Sequence record: LR756500.1
Length of the DNA stretch: 64,000 nt
Direction: 5' to 3' (one strand)
Part shown: in pieces, positions 1-8,268 of the stretch
Numbering within the stretch: position 1 is the first letter of the stretch
Layout of the letters: every line of letters starts with the position of its first letter
Notes under the pieces: model-generated
Seen by the model: only the letters and a program-made list of their open reading frames with translations
Databases searched by the model: none
What the model was told of the DNA's origin: nothing
Program-made: the position numbers and the translations under genes

Positions 1-87
1 CTTTTTAGACAATTTCATATACATTGTCATTTTTTCTTCTTGTGTTTGTTCTATTGTTTGTAGCATATTTTTATTTATTATTTTTAT

Positions 88-492
88 TCATCCAAAATCA
101 ATTACACCATCAGGATATTTTTCCCAAAATTCTTTTAATCTTTTATATGAATTATATTTTAATTTTTTTTCTTCTTCATCACTATCAAATATTGTATTTT
201 TAAATGATACAAGATCTTTATTATCTTCTAACCATTTAAAACATTCTATTTTAGAATAAATAACATCTAATGTATATTCGCCATTGGAAACTTCTCTTTT
301 TGATGTTCTAAATAAATCATGATATTCAGTTTTATTTAAAGTTTCAATTTCAGAAATTCTTTGATCAATTTGAAATATTTCTATATCATCTAAATATGTT
401 TCAAAATTTTCGCATTTATCCAATTTATCATAAAGTTCTTTATACTCTTCGTATAATACTTTATCTTTATAAAACCGAGTGTGTAATCCCAT
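88..492 (-). CDS. hypothetical protein
   Basis: ORF track; packed with co-oriented neighbours; no motif recognised. Confidence 0.7.
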   Translation of the reverse strand: MGLHTRFYKDKVLYEEYKELYDKLDKCENFETYLDDIEIFQIDQRISEIETLNKTEYHDLFRTSKREVSNGEYTLDVIYSKIECFKWLEDNKDLVSFKNTIFDSDEEEKKLKYNSYKRLKEFWEKYPDGVIDFG

Positions 493-496
493 AATA

Positions 497-805
497 TTAG
501 TCTATATCAGGTATTATATCATATCTTCCATTAATTATTCCTTCTTCATCAATATATATTTTAGTATCGAATCCTCGTCCAAATCCACTTCTATATCCTT
601 GTAATTTAAGCATATATTTCATGCATTCATCTGAATGACAATCGGCTCTACATATTAAATAATTATATTGTTTAGTTTCTATAAAATCTCCTTTTCTCCA
701 ATTTTCTAATTCACATTCTAAATCTTTTGTTTGAGATTCTATTTCACTTATTTTACCACAATATGGACATTTCATTTCCATATAAATACTATCAAACATT
801 CCCAT
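497..805 (-). CDS. hypothetical protein with CxxC (MGMFD..KCPYCG)
   Basis: ORF track; N-terminal MGMFD and CPYC typical of a small phage family. Confidence 0.7.
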   Translation of the reverse strand: MGMFDSIYMEMKCPYCGKISEIESQTKDLECELENWRKGDFIETKQYNYLICRADCHSDECMKYMLKLQGYRSGFGRGFDTKIYIDEEGIINGRYDIIPDID

Positions 806-807
806 AA

Positions 808-1044
808 TTATAATCTAAAAGTTCTTAAACTATTCATTATCTCTTTAATTGTTTCTGGATTTGATCTAAGATGAGTTTTTACTCTTCTTTTAGAAATAAG
901 TTTTCTTGTATTATTTAAAATTATAAATTTATTTGCATAAAACATCATAAGTTCTTCAATATAATTAGGCACATGAATTTTAATACTATTTATTTCGTTA
1001 AATTCATTTATTGCTTTAGTTGCATTTAAAATATTATTTTCCAT
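808..1044 (-). CDS. hypothetical protein
   Basis: ORF track; operon context. Confidence 0.6.
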   Translation of the reverse strand: MENNILNATKAINEFNEINSIKIHVPNYIEELMMFYANKFIILNNTRKLISKRRVKTHLRSNPETIKEIMNSLRTFRL

Positions 1045-1121
1045 ATATTTAATTTTAATTATAGCAAATATAATTAATTAGTTTATAATTTAAAAATAAT
1101 CCTTAATAATTTATAGCTTAT

Positions 1122-1691
1122 TTATTTTATAATTTCATCTATAACTCCTAATCTAAGGGCTTGTTTACTATTCATAGTCCAATCAATTTTATGAGTGTAA
1201 ATTTTCTTAAGTTGTTTTTTAGATATTTTAGTTTTTTCAAGAGTTATTTTCTCAAGAAGTTTTTGTAATCTTTTTGTTTCATAAAACTCTTCTTCCATAT
1301 CTTTAGCTTTACCCCAGAAACCATTACTTATTTGATGATATAATGGTGTTGATAATTCATAACCAAATCTCTTATGTCCATTTATTAATATCATAAATCC
1401 GCACGACATAGCACAACCTGTAACAATAGTATAAATAGGTGTTTTACTTGTATTCATTATAGATAATAAACCAAAACATTGATATACCATTCCTCCATAA
1501 GAATCAATATAAATTTTAATTGGTTTACGTTTATATTTAACATAATCTATTGCATATACTTTGGTAAGACGATCGTCTTCTTCATTAATTTCAATTATTC
1601 TTTCAGTTAATTTACCTATTGATTCTTGATCAACTTGCTTATTAAAATACAAATTTCTACCTGTTGGAATTTCTAATTTATTTTCTGCCAT
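1122..1691 (-). CDS. clpP: ClpP-like serine protease (S14)
   Basis: IDSYGG, catalytic Ser in AMSCG, His in LYHQ, Asp in DWTM, C-terminal ALRLGVIDEI. Confidence 0.88.
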   Translation of the reverse strand: MAENKLEIPTGRNLYFNKQVDQESIGKLTERIIEINEEDDRLTKVYAIDYVKYKRKPIKIYIDSYGGMVYQCFGLLSIMNTSKTPIYTIVTGCAMSCGFMILINGHKRFGYELSTPLYHQISNGFWGKAKDMEEEFYETKRLQKLLEKITLEKTKISKKQLKKIYTHKIDWTMNSKQALRLGVIDEIIK

Positions 1692-1764
1692 AAAATTTTA
1701 AATTTATTATTTTATGGAAAATTAATATTTTGTTTAAATAAAATTTAATTAATTTAATCTTTAT

Positions 1765-1862
1765 TTCAACATTAAATATTTTTTTAATTTTTTTAACATT
1801 GATTGTCCTAAGGCATTCATATTTAATTAATTATATATTATTATTTATATATTTATGTTAGC
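1765..1862 (+). repeat. 98-bp inverted repeat copy A; candidate attI-like site ending in GTTAGC
   Basis: Reverse complement matches 13029-13126 at 96/98 positions; ends at the first cassette core site. Confidence 0.85.
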
Positions 1863-1869
1863 AACAATA

Positions 1870-2238
1870 CTACAAACCGTACTTCGATTTAAGTTTTTCT
1901 AATTGCTCCAACTCAATCTTTTTAATTCTTTCCTTTTCTTGTCTATCTCGTTCATCTTGTCTTTTTTGGTATTCAATTTCTTCTTGTTCACACGCTTGTT
2001 TGTATTCATTTTCAGAAATTAGACCCAAATCAACAAGTGGATGGTCGGTATTATCTTTACTATATTGGTTTATATTCACTTCATTTTTTGTGTATCCAAA
2101 TCCTTCTGTAATATCATTAACAACCAATACTGTAAATGTGTTATCTGTAAATTTTAACCATAAATCGCCACAATCTAATTTCAAATCAGAGATTGTTTTT
2201 CCTTTCAATTCATTGATATTCTGTATTTCATTTTTCAT
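1870..2238 (-). CDS. cassette 1 hypothetical protein
   Basis: ORF track; flanked by gttagcaacaatac / gtactgttgctaac. Confidence 0.75.
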   Translation of the reverse strand: MKNEIQNINELKGKTISDLKLDCGDLWLKFTDNTFTVLVVNDITEGFGYTKNEVNINQYSKDNTDHPLVDLGLISENEYKQACEQEEIEYQKRQDERDRQEKERIKKIELEQLEKLKSKYGL

Positions 2239-2272
2239 ATTATATAAATTAATCGTTTATAATCCGTACTGT

Positions 2273-2380
2273 TGCTAACACATTGTATATGTCGGTTTTG
2301 CCAATTGGCTTTTGTGCTTTTGTGCTTTGACTGAGAGTATGTGCGTGGCAAAACCGAACACATACAACCATTCGTTATAA
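2273..2380 (+). other. attC-like site S1
   Basis: TGCTAAC..GTTATAA; stem tgtatatgtcggttttgcca / tggcaaaaccgaacacataca with bulged bases. Confidence 0.8.
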
Positions 2381-2395
2381 GTAATAAAATAAAAA

Positions 2396-2560
2396 CTACT
2401 TACTACTATTAATATCCTTAATCAAAATTTGAATTTCTTCATTTTTATTTTCTAACTCTTTTTCAAATGCTTTTTGAAACTCAAACTTTTGTTCTTCACT
2501 TAACTCATTCAAATTTTGAATGTTAGTTTGTCTAATTTCTGCTTTAATTTTCTTTTCCAT
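2396..2560 (-). CDS. 54-aa cassette protein (MEKKIKAEIRQ...), absent from ORF track
   Basis: Translated by hand; fills the cassette between S1 and S2. Confidence 0.65.
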   Translation of the reverse strand: MEKKIKAEIRQTNIQNLNELSEEQKFEFQKAFEKELENKNEEIQILIKDINSSK

Positions 2561-2586
2561 AATTTTACTGTTTTTATTTTACATAC

Positions 2587-2708
2587 TTATAACAACAAAT
2601 ATAAAACATTGCTGATGTAGTTTCTATTTATATTATACGTTTAATTTCAAGTTTTGTTTCATTTATTTACATTCATGTTGCAACTTTTTATATTTGTAAT
2701 CGTTATAG
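2587..2708 (+). other. attC-like site S2
   Basis: TTATAAC..GTTATAG; stem acaaatataaaa..ttgc / gcaac..tttttatatttgt. Confidence 0.8.
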
Positions 2709-2717
2709 ATAATAAAA

Positions 2718-2936
2718 TTAAAAATAGTCATGACTATCTATAAATAACTCCTTATATGTTTCATCAGTAAAAGAAAATCCTCTACCATCAACCGTCATTT
2801 CTACAACTTGCATCACTTTTAAGTAATTAATTATTGTGTCAAGTTCGTCTTCTAATTCTTTACCTATTTTAAACATACTCATAGCTGCCATTATCTCACC
2901 AAGTCTTTCAATATTTTCTTTTACTTTCTCATCCAT
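2718..2936 (-). CDS. cassette hypothetical protein
   Basis: ORF track; bounded by gttatagata / tatctataac. Confidence 0.7.
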   Translation of the reverse strand: MDEKVKENIERLGEIMAAMSMFKIGKELEDELDTIINYLKVMQVVEMTVDGRGFSFTDETYKELFIDSHDYF

Positions 2937-2964
2937 ATTAATTAGTATTTTTAATTTTACATAT

Positions 2965-3049
2965 CTATAACAACAAATATAAGAAATAAATCTTACTTTG
3001 TCTATTTTTTAATGAAAAGATTTACTTCTCATATTTGCAACCGTTAGGC
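2965..3049 (+). other. attC-like site S3
   Basis: CTATAAC..GTTAGGC; stem caaatataagaaataaatc / gatttacttctcatatttg. Confidence 0.8.
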
Positions 3050-3053
3050 ATAA

Positions 3054-3245
3054 TTATACTCTACCACTAAGGTAGTATTCTATTTCACTCTTACTAAAAT
3101 CATCGGGCTTGTTTTTATAGTACTCCCTTAATTTTCCTTCGTGAACACCTTGTTCAAATGCCCATTTCATATCATCTAATGAATAACTACGCCTAACAAA
3201 GTATAAACGTAATGTTTTCAGTTTTTCAATCAATCTTTTTATCAT
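3054..3245 (-). CDS. cassette protein starting inside the S4 loop
   Basis: ORF track; LYFVRRS is encoded by the att arm. Confidence 0.7.
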   Translation of the reverse strand: MIKRLIEKLKTLRLYFVRRSYSLDDMKWAFEQGVHEGKLREYYKNKPDDFSKSEIEYYLSGRV

Positions 3246-3310
3246 ATTATTAAATTTTGTATTTCAAATTAAGTTCAGTTAAACACTACGTTTATACTCA
3301 ACTGTTATGG
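3191..3310 (+). other. attC-like site S4
   Basis: GCCTAAC..GTTATGG; stem agtataaacgta / tacgtttatact. Confidence 0.8.
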
Positions 3311-3311
3311 T

Positions 3312-3485
3312 TCATGCTAATCGCACAATTTGACGTTCATCTACTTGTGAAAAACAATTTTCATTATATGGTTGTCCATCGTACCAAAATGAACTACAGT
3401 CCCATCTCGCAACATTCCATCCTTCGTAACTAAAATTATTAGGGCTAAATAAGTATACCCAATAGTAACCTTCTTTTCTTTCCAT
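3312..3485 (-). CDS. 57-aa Trp-rich cassette protein (MERKEGYYWV...)
   Basis: Translated by hand; preferred over the overlapping track ORF 3341-3628. Confidence 0.65.
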   Translation of the reverse strand: MERKEGYYWVYLFSPNNFSYEGWNVARWDCSSFWYDGQPYNENCFSQVDERQIVRLA

Positions 3486-3531
3486 TTTATTTTTATTTTA
3501 AGTTTAACAATCTGATTAATAAAGCACGAAA

Positions 3532-3624
3532 CCATAACATTTGCTATATGTAACACGGCTGAAAAGTCCGTACTATTTTGAGAATGTCTGCTATGCCGTG
3601 CTACACATATCATTTTCGTTATGA
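3532..3624 (+). other. attC-like site S5
   Basis: CCATAAC..GTTATGA; stem tatgtaacacggc / gccgtgctacacata. Confidence 0.8.
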
Positions 3625-3810
3625 ACAATGCTTAACGTCTGCCAACGCTATGTCATGTCCACATTTTTTACATTTACCAACCATAATTAAGTGGTCGAAA
3701 GCATTGTTCATAACACCAAATAAATGAAATTTCTCTATTTCATCTATTGTCGGTAGTGCTTTTATTGTTACTTCTATACCACTTGGCAATTTTACTTTCA
3801 TATTTTTCAT
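3619..3810 (-). CDS. cassette protein reading through S6; CKKC motif
   Basis: ORF track; stop is the TAA of the core site; start uncertain. Confidence 0.45.
   Translation of the reverse strand: MKNMKVKLPSGIEVTIKALPTIDEIEKFHLFGVMNNAFDHLIMVGKCKKCGHDIALADVKHCS
3708..3758 (+). other. short degenerate attC-like site S6 (GTT changed to GGT)
   Basis: TCATAAC; stem taaatgaaat / atttcatcta; GGTAGTG. Confidence 0.55.
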
Positions 3811-3919
3811 AGTCTATACCCATAGAACAAACCTTTCGCTTCGCAACACTAACATCAGATATATTCAATTTTTTATTTGTATTATCCAAAGTTTCTTCTA
3901 AAATTTTACTCTTTTCCAT
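3740..3919 (-). CDS. 59-aa cassette protein (MEKSKILEETLDNTNKKLNISDVSVA...)
   Basis: Translated by hand; starts in the S7 loop. Confidence 0.65.
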   Translation of the reverse strand: MEKSKILEETLDNTNKKLNISDVSVAKRKVCSMGIDYEKYESKIAKWYRSNNKSTTDNR

Positions 3920-3964
3920 TTTATTAAATTTTGTGTTAGAACTACGTATATGTAATCATTATAG
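3847..3964 (+). other. degenerate attC-like site S7 (GTT changed to ATT)
   Basis: CACTAAC..ATTATAG; weak arm pairing. Confidence 0.55.
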
Positions 3965-3968
3965 CCAA

Positions 3969-4319
3969 TTAAAGCACTGAATCATAATTGCTGCCTCTAT
4001 CATCATAATCCCATTTAGAATCAAGCTCATAATATTCTTTTTTTGATTGTTGGTATTCGATTCCTTTTTGCAATTCTTTAATTTGAGAATTAAGTTTATC
4101 TATTTTATTTTGCCTTTGCTCTGAAATGTATTTTTGTGCATCATTAACTGTTTTGAAAAATTTGTCGGAAGTCATAGATAAGCATATTCTCCAATTATAC
4201 TCCGTACCAGCACTACGCAAAGACCTGACAAATGCGTAACTATCGGTTAATTTGACGCAATCTCTTTCCCATATTCTAACTAAATCATCCTTTACAATAT
4301 AAACTTTAAAAAACTCCAT
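3969..4319 (-). CDS. cassette hypothetical protein
   Basis: ORF track; between S7 and S8. Confidence 0.7.
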   Translation of the reverse strand: MEFFKVYIVKDDLVRIWERDCVKLTDSYAFVRSLRSAGTEYNWRICLSMTSDKFFKTVNDAQKYISEQRQNKIDKLNSQIKELQKGIEYQQSKKEYYELDSKWDYDDRGSNYDSVL

Positions 4320-4337
4320 ATCTATAAAATTAACTGA

Positions 4338-4467
4338 CTATAACCCGTGGTATGGTTAGTTGCCGTGTTAGTACTAAATTTAAGCGTTACTACCCGCTTG
4401 TAATTTTCTGTAATTTGATAGGAAAGTAGCCCGCAATCGGCAACTAACCATACAACCAACGTTATGA
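4338..4467 (+). other. attC-like site S8
   Basis: CTATAAC..GTTATGA; perfect 16-bp stem gtatggttagttgccg / cggcaactaaccatac. Confidence 0.85.
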
Positions 4468-4473
4468 TTAATT

Positions 4474-4653
4474 TTACTCAACCACTTCAAAGTCACCAAC
4501 ATTAATTGGGTGATATACACCCAACCCCTGACATATTGTAAATGTTCCATCTTCATTAAATCCTTGATATGGCTCATCCTCTTCAAATATATCACCACTT
4601 TTAAATGTTGTCATATACCCCTCATAATCTTTTAGTAATTTAATTTTTTTCAT
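4474..4653 (-). CDS. 59-aa cassette protein (MKKIKLLKDYEGY...)
   Basis: Translated by hand; preferred over the track ORF 4380-4598. Confidence 0.65.
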   Translation of the reverse strand: MKKIKLLKDYEGYMTTFKSGDIFEEDEPYQGFNEDGTFTICQGLGVYHPINVGDFEVVE

Positions 4654-4679
4654 ATTTTAATATTTAAGTAAAAAACTAA

Positions 4680-4773
4680 CCATAACAAGGTGTATAAAAC
4701 ATAACCTAATTACAAATTTTAAATTAACCACGGAACTATAATAGGTTATGTTTCATACACCTAACCGTTAGCG
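4680..4773 (+). other. attC-like site S9
   Basis: CCATAAC..GTTAGCG; stem aggtgtataaaacataaccta / taggttatgtttcatacacct. Confidence 0.85.
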
Positions 4774-4990
4774 GTAATTTAATAACAGTATTTTGAGCAT
4801 CTTCATAGCTTTCAAATATCTTATTACATCTTGGACAAGAACAACAACCGTCAACAACGGGTATAGCAAATAATTTTACTAAGTCAAATCGTAATTTTCC
4901 ACATATTTCTCCTGTCATTTTTATATAATCAAGATTATCGTTATCAATTTTTACATCACTTAATAATAAGTGTACTTCTTGTTCTGTCAT
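4736..4990 (-). CDS. cassette protein spanning the S10 arm and ending inside S9
   Basis: ORF track; FAIPVVDG and LPLTVRC are encoded by att arms. Confidence 0.6.
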   Translation of the reverse strand: MTEQEVHLLLSDVKIDNDNLDYIKMTGEICGKLRFDLVKLFAIPVVDGCCSCPRCNKIFESYEDAQNTVIKLPLTVRCMKHNLL

Positions 4991-5053
4991 ATTTATAAAT
5001 TTATTAGTTATTACTATTAATTCCGAACTGAGTATATCTGAGTGTCGTTATAT
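4849..5053 (+). other. degenerate long attC-like site S10
   Basis: CGTCAAC (degenerate)..GTTATAT. Confidence 0.45.
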
Positions 5054-5063
5054 GCAATAAAAA

Positions 5064-5198
5064 TTATTTTTTGGATATTTTATATAACATTATAAATCCT
5101 ATTAAAAAGTGATGGATGTTGTACAATTTGCCATTTCTATCAACTTCGCTACAAAAATATCCAAATCCTATTACAAATGGCAAAATCTTTATATTCAT
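5064..5198 (-). CDS. 44-aa cassette protein (MNIKILPFVIG...)
   Basis: Translated by hand; between S10 and S11. Confidence 0.5.
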   Translation of the reverse strand: MNIKILPFVIGFGYFCSEVDRNGKLYNIHHFLIGFIMLYKISKK

Positions 5199-5210
5199 AA
5201 TTTTTACAGT

Positions 5211-5340
5211 TTATAACAACAAATATAAGCAATTATTTTCATTACTTCCAAAATAAATGTTGTTTGTTAATATTAATTTTGTTCTTTTAATTAAGTTTCT
5301 ACTAATTTTACTCAAATGTATATACCTGCAGACGTTAGCT
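5211..5340 (+). other. hybrid attC-like site S11
   Basis: TTATAAC..GTTAGCT; left arm of S2/S3 type, right arm of S15 type. Confidence 0.65.
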
Positions 5341-5345
5341 GCCAT

Positions 5346-5537
5346 TTAAGGAAGCTCTGTAATAACATAGTTAATAGCCATGTTTATTTCTGTTTCAATT
5401 TTAAATCTATACCCATTAAGCTCATAAACATTTTCATCTTTCATTTTTTCTAAACTAAACTTTTGCAATAGTTCATAAATCTGCGAAAGTGTAAGATTAT
5501 TCACGTTGGCTTTTATGTTTAAGTTTATTGTCATCAT
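5346..5537 (-). CDS. cassette hypothetical protein
   Basis: ORF track; bounded by gttagctgccattt / aaatggtagctaac. Confidence 0.7.
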   Translation of the reverse strand: MMTINLNIKANVNNLTLSQIYELLQKFSLEKMKDENVYELNGYRFKIETEINMAINYVITELP

Positions 5538-5550
5538 AATAAAAAATGGT

Positions 5551-5636
5551 AGCTAACATGATATATAAGCCATACAATGTTAAGGTTTATACTAATTTGA
5601 TAGTGTCGGGTATGACTTATATACCCATTGTTAGAG
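5551..5636 (+). other. attC-like site S12
   Basis: AGCTAAC..GTTAGAG; stem tatataagccatac / gtatgacttatata. Confidence 0.8.
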
Positions 5637-5640
5637 TGCA

Positions 5641-5835
5641 TTATCTAAACACTCCTAAAAAATCTTTTAAGCAACTTTCGTTACATACGTAAAATATTTT
5701 ATTTCCCTTAAAATAACATTCTGGCACTTTCATTGCTTTATGCTTTTTAATTTGTTTTTTACAACTTTCACAATTAACGCACTCTAACAAAGTATTAGCG
5801 TTATTGCCTTTCTTGCTTTCTGATAAGTTTTCCAC
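5641..5835 (-). CDS. Cys-rich cassette protein starting in the S13 loop
   Basis: ORF track; NANTLLECV arm motif; CxxC..CxxxC. Confidence 0.65.
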   Translation of the reverse strand: MENLSESKKGNNANTLLECVNCESCKKQIKKHKAMKVPECYFKGNKIFYVCNESCLKDFLGVFR

Positions 5836-5902
5836 ATTTTATATTTTAATGTTGTTAATAATTGTTTGTGATTGCGTTAACTCCAATACTCGACCATTAG
5901 GT
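5782..5902 (+). other. degenerate attC-like site S13 (ATT core)
   Basis: CTCTAAC..ATTAGGT. Confidence 0.6.
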
Positions 5903-6091
5903 TCAATCATTAATTTGTTTTGAATCTTCTATCATATTTTTGATTCGTTCTTTGAATCTATGTTCGTATTCCTTATCAACTTCACCCAAGTCAGTTGTTT
6001 CAAGATATTTTTTAGGTAATCCTTTACCCATAGTTTCCTTGAGTTTATTTTGAAAATACTCAAGTTCTTCGTTTGTGTTTTTATTTTCCAT
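5903..6091 (-). CDS. cassette hypothetical protein
   Basis: ORF track; ATG start; between S13 and S14. Confidence 0.65.
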   Translation of the reverse strand: MENKNTNEELEYFQNKLKETMGKGLPKKYLETTDLGEVDKEYEHRFKERIKNMIEDSKQIND

Positions 6092-6133
6092 ATTTTATAT
6101 TTTTTTACAAAGGTAAAACAAATTAATGACAAA

Positions 6134-6187
6134 ACCTAACAAATGATAAACAACATTAAAACATTCGTTTATCTGCAACCGTTATAA
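6134..6187 (+). other. minimal 54-bp attC-like site S14
   Basis: ACCTAAC..GTTATAA; stem gataaac / gtttatc. Confidence 0.7.
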
Positions 6188-6197
6188 AACAGTTTGC

Positions 6198-6344
6198 TTA
6201 AAAAAGTTTTCCACATTTTATACATCTAACCAAATAAGCACCAACCTCAAACTTTTCAAATTCGTGTTTGCAAACAGATTTTATAACAGGTATATCCAAT
6301 TGCTTTTTTTGTTTTCTAAATAAACATTTTCACAATTTTTTCAT
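6198..6344 (-). pseudogene. cassette ORF with in-frame TGA at codon 5 (MKKL*KCLFRKQKKQLDIPVIKSVCKHEF...CIKCG)
   Basis: Translated by hand; TGA at 6330-6332. Confidence 0.5.
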
Positions 6345-6404
6345 CTTGTATTTCAATTTAATTTTTACTAATTTTACGCAACTATATACCTGCAGCCTTT
6401 ATAG
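6281..6404 (+). other. attC-like site S15 (TTT core)
   Basis: TTATAAC..TTTATAG; stem aggtatat..attgc / gcaactatatacct. Confidence 0.65.
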
Positions 6405-6605
6405 TGCATTAAGGAAGTCCTCAGCATCCTTCACACTAAAGCATTTTGTGAATTTACCTGTATTTTCATTCAACACTATTACAAAATCAACTGCTCCGTA
6501 ATTAAATGCCAATTTAGTTGCTTCAATATCAAACACACATAAAGCATTATACTTTGGTATTACGGGTTGACAATCTGAATATTTTTTATCTAAAATTCTT
6601 AACAT
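6399..6605 (-). CDS. cassette hypothetical protein
   Basis: ORF track; between S15 and S16. Confidence 0.65.
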   Translation of the reverse strand: MLRILDKKYSDCQPVIPKYNALCVFDIEATKLAFNYGAVDFVIVLNENTGKFTKCFSVKDAEDFLNAL

Positions 6606-6624
6606 AGTTTTAAGTATTAACTTA

Positions 6625-6719
6625 CTATAACAATGTGTATATGTAATGCAGCCAATAAGTTAATTGTAAATTGAAAGTATATGCAAGACAAACCGACATC
6701 ATACCGCCAGCCATTATAG
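6625..6719 (+). other. hybrid/degenerate attC-like site S16 (ATT core)
   Basis: CTATAAC..ATTATAG; right arm resembles S1. Confidence 0.55.
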
Positions 6720-6723
6720 CCAA

Positions 6724-6882
6724 TTAAAAAGTAACACCATTATCATATCCAACCTCTATTGATATATTTTCAATTTCAGTATTTAATATTTGTGCTATCT
6801 TTTCTTTTAGTTCGATTATCTTGGTTACATCAATCATTACATCTTTGTAAACAGAAATTGAAATTAGTTCTTTTTCATTCAT
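6724..6882 (-). CDS. 52-aa cassette protein (MNEKELISISVYKD...)
   Basis: Translated by hand. Confidence 0.55.
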   Translation of the reverse strand: MNEKELISISVYKDVMIDVTKIIELKEKIAQILNTEIENISIEVGYDNGVTF

Positions 6883-6931
6883 ATTATCTAAGCAAACATT
6901 CTCATATACTTAACCATTATAGATAATGAAA

Positions 6932-7222
6932 TTAAATATCCTTAAAAAGTCTTCTTGGTGCTACTAATCTTCTACCATCATCACATTTAATAATATATTC
7001 ACCATCAGGTTCTATAACAGTATCTAAAACATTATAAATATTACCAACTGTTATTGGAAAATTTGGGTTTGGATTTTCCGTACATAGAACTTGTTTAAGC
7101 ATAAACTTATTATTAAATGTTCCATAAATATCTGAATTAACTATTTTAATTTCACTATCTATAGCATCAGATATATGTAATTTTTCATCTTTTTTCATAA
7201 TACTATTTTTATTAGTTAACAA
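6932..7222 (-). CDS. distal cassette protein (KLHISDAIDS arm motif)
   Basis: ORF track; bounded by attatagata / tatctatagc; likely start near 7198. Confidence 0.65.
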   Translation of the reverse strand: MLTNKNSIMKKDEKLHISDAIDSEIKIVNSDIYGTFNNKFMLKQVLCTENPNPNFPITVGNIYNVLDTVIEPDGEYIIKCDDGRRLVAPRRLFKDI

Positions 7223-7228
7223 AACAAC

Positions 7229-7642
7229 TTAATACGCCTTGTTATGTTTGTACGCCCTTGTTTGATTATAGAGCATTTTCAATTCGATATGCTTTTCAAT
7301 ATCAATGTTTCTTTGTCCTATAAAATCGAGCAATCTAATAAATACGTCTGCAATTTCATCTTCAAAAGTATCCTTTACCTGAGTTCTGAAAATTTCCTCA
7401 AACTTTATCATATCGTTTTCTTTTGCTGCCAAATCTAAATCTTCTCGAATAGTTTTGCCGTCAATAATAAATTCAGCATCATCAATTTTGGCATATTGTC
7501 CTTTTCTATCAGCTTCCAAAGCCTCAGATAATTCAGAAACCATAAGCATTAATAAAGTACCTGTTTCTCTTGGTTCGTCCCAAAAACCCTTTGCCTTTGC
7601 TCTTTCATGAAAATGTTTTGCTAATTCGTTTAAATTATTCAT
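7229..7642 (-). CDS. MazG-like all-alpha NTP pyrophosphohydrolase
   Basis: LMVSELSEALEADR and EDEIADVFIRLLD motifs. Confidence 0.85.
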   Translation of the reverse strand: MNNLNELAKHFHERAKAKGFWDEPRETGTLLMLMVSELSEALEADRKGQYAKIDDAEFIIDGKTIREDLDLAAKENDMIKFEEIFRTQVKDTFEDEIADVFIRLLDFIGQRNIDIEKHIELKMLYNQTRAYKHNKAY

Positions 7643-7664
7643 ATTATTTTATCTTTTAAGTTTT

Positions 7665-8081
7665 TTAAAAATTTATTACAGACAGATCTAAATAATATTG
7701 TGGATCTGCATAGTCTTGAATTTCAGAAACTAATCCATTAAATTTCATTTTAAAATCTCTATTTATATTTATAAGGTAAACAATTCTTCCATGTGGTTTT
7801 ATGGAATACCTATCTCCTTCGATATTTTCAACTGAGCGATTTTGCATTAAAACATATCCACCAATTGTTAATGCAATATCATCAATCATTTTTTCTTTAT
7901 CCCCAATTTCTTCATGCCAAGGTATTGCAACTAAATCTAAATCTCTATTCATTGAGCCATGCACAATAATATTATATCCATATTTTAAACCTATTTCTTT
8001 TATTATTTCAAAGTAAAATGAATATAAATTTGGTTTAGCATGAATTGGTTTAATGTCTGTTATAGGATTTGTTGTATTCAA
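7665..8081 (-). CDS. conserved hypothetical protein, nucleotidyltransferase-like motif
   Basis: VHGSMNRDLDLVAIPW (GS..D.D). Confidence 0.5.
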   Translation of the reverse strand: MNTTNPITDIKPIHAKPNLYSFYFEIIKEIGLKYGYNIIVHGSMNRDLDLVAIPWHEEIGDKEKMIDDIALTIGGYVLMQNRSVENIEGDRYSIKPHGRIVYLININRDFKMKFNGLVSEIQDYADPQYYLDLSVINF

Positions 8082-8175
8082 ATATTTATTAAATAAAATT
8101 TTATTATTAAATTATATAACCAAAATTAATTATGTTTATAATTTAATCAATTTTTATATTTTTAATTTTACATAC

Positions 8176-8209
8176 TTATAACAACTATTTTTACACTTAA
8201 TCGTTAGTA
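8176..8209 (+). other. collapsed attC-like remnant
   Basis: TTATAAC..GTTAGTA with the loop deleted; ttttacatacttataacaac is identical to 2577-2596. Confidence 0.45.
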
Positions 8210-8268
8210 ACAATATAAAAATAAAGTTTGTAGAATAACCGATACAGACTCAATATTATTAAAAGAAT

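Larger units (their letters stand above)
1857..7200 (+). mobile_element. integron-like cassette array (left); genes antisense to the att top strand
   Basis: 16 full and about 2 half attC-like hairpins; cassette bodies bounded by complementary GTTRRRY/RYYYAAC pairs. Confidence 0.8.

Noticed and set aside
6330-6332. TGA recoding (alternative genetic code)
   Set aside because: TGA and TAG act as normal stops at many overlapping gene junctions, and long conserved genes have no internal stops.
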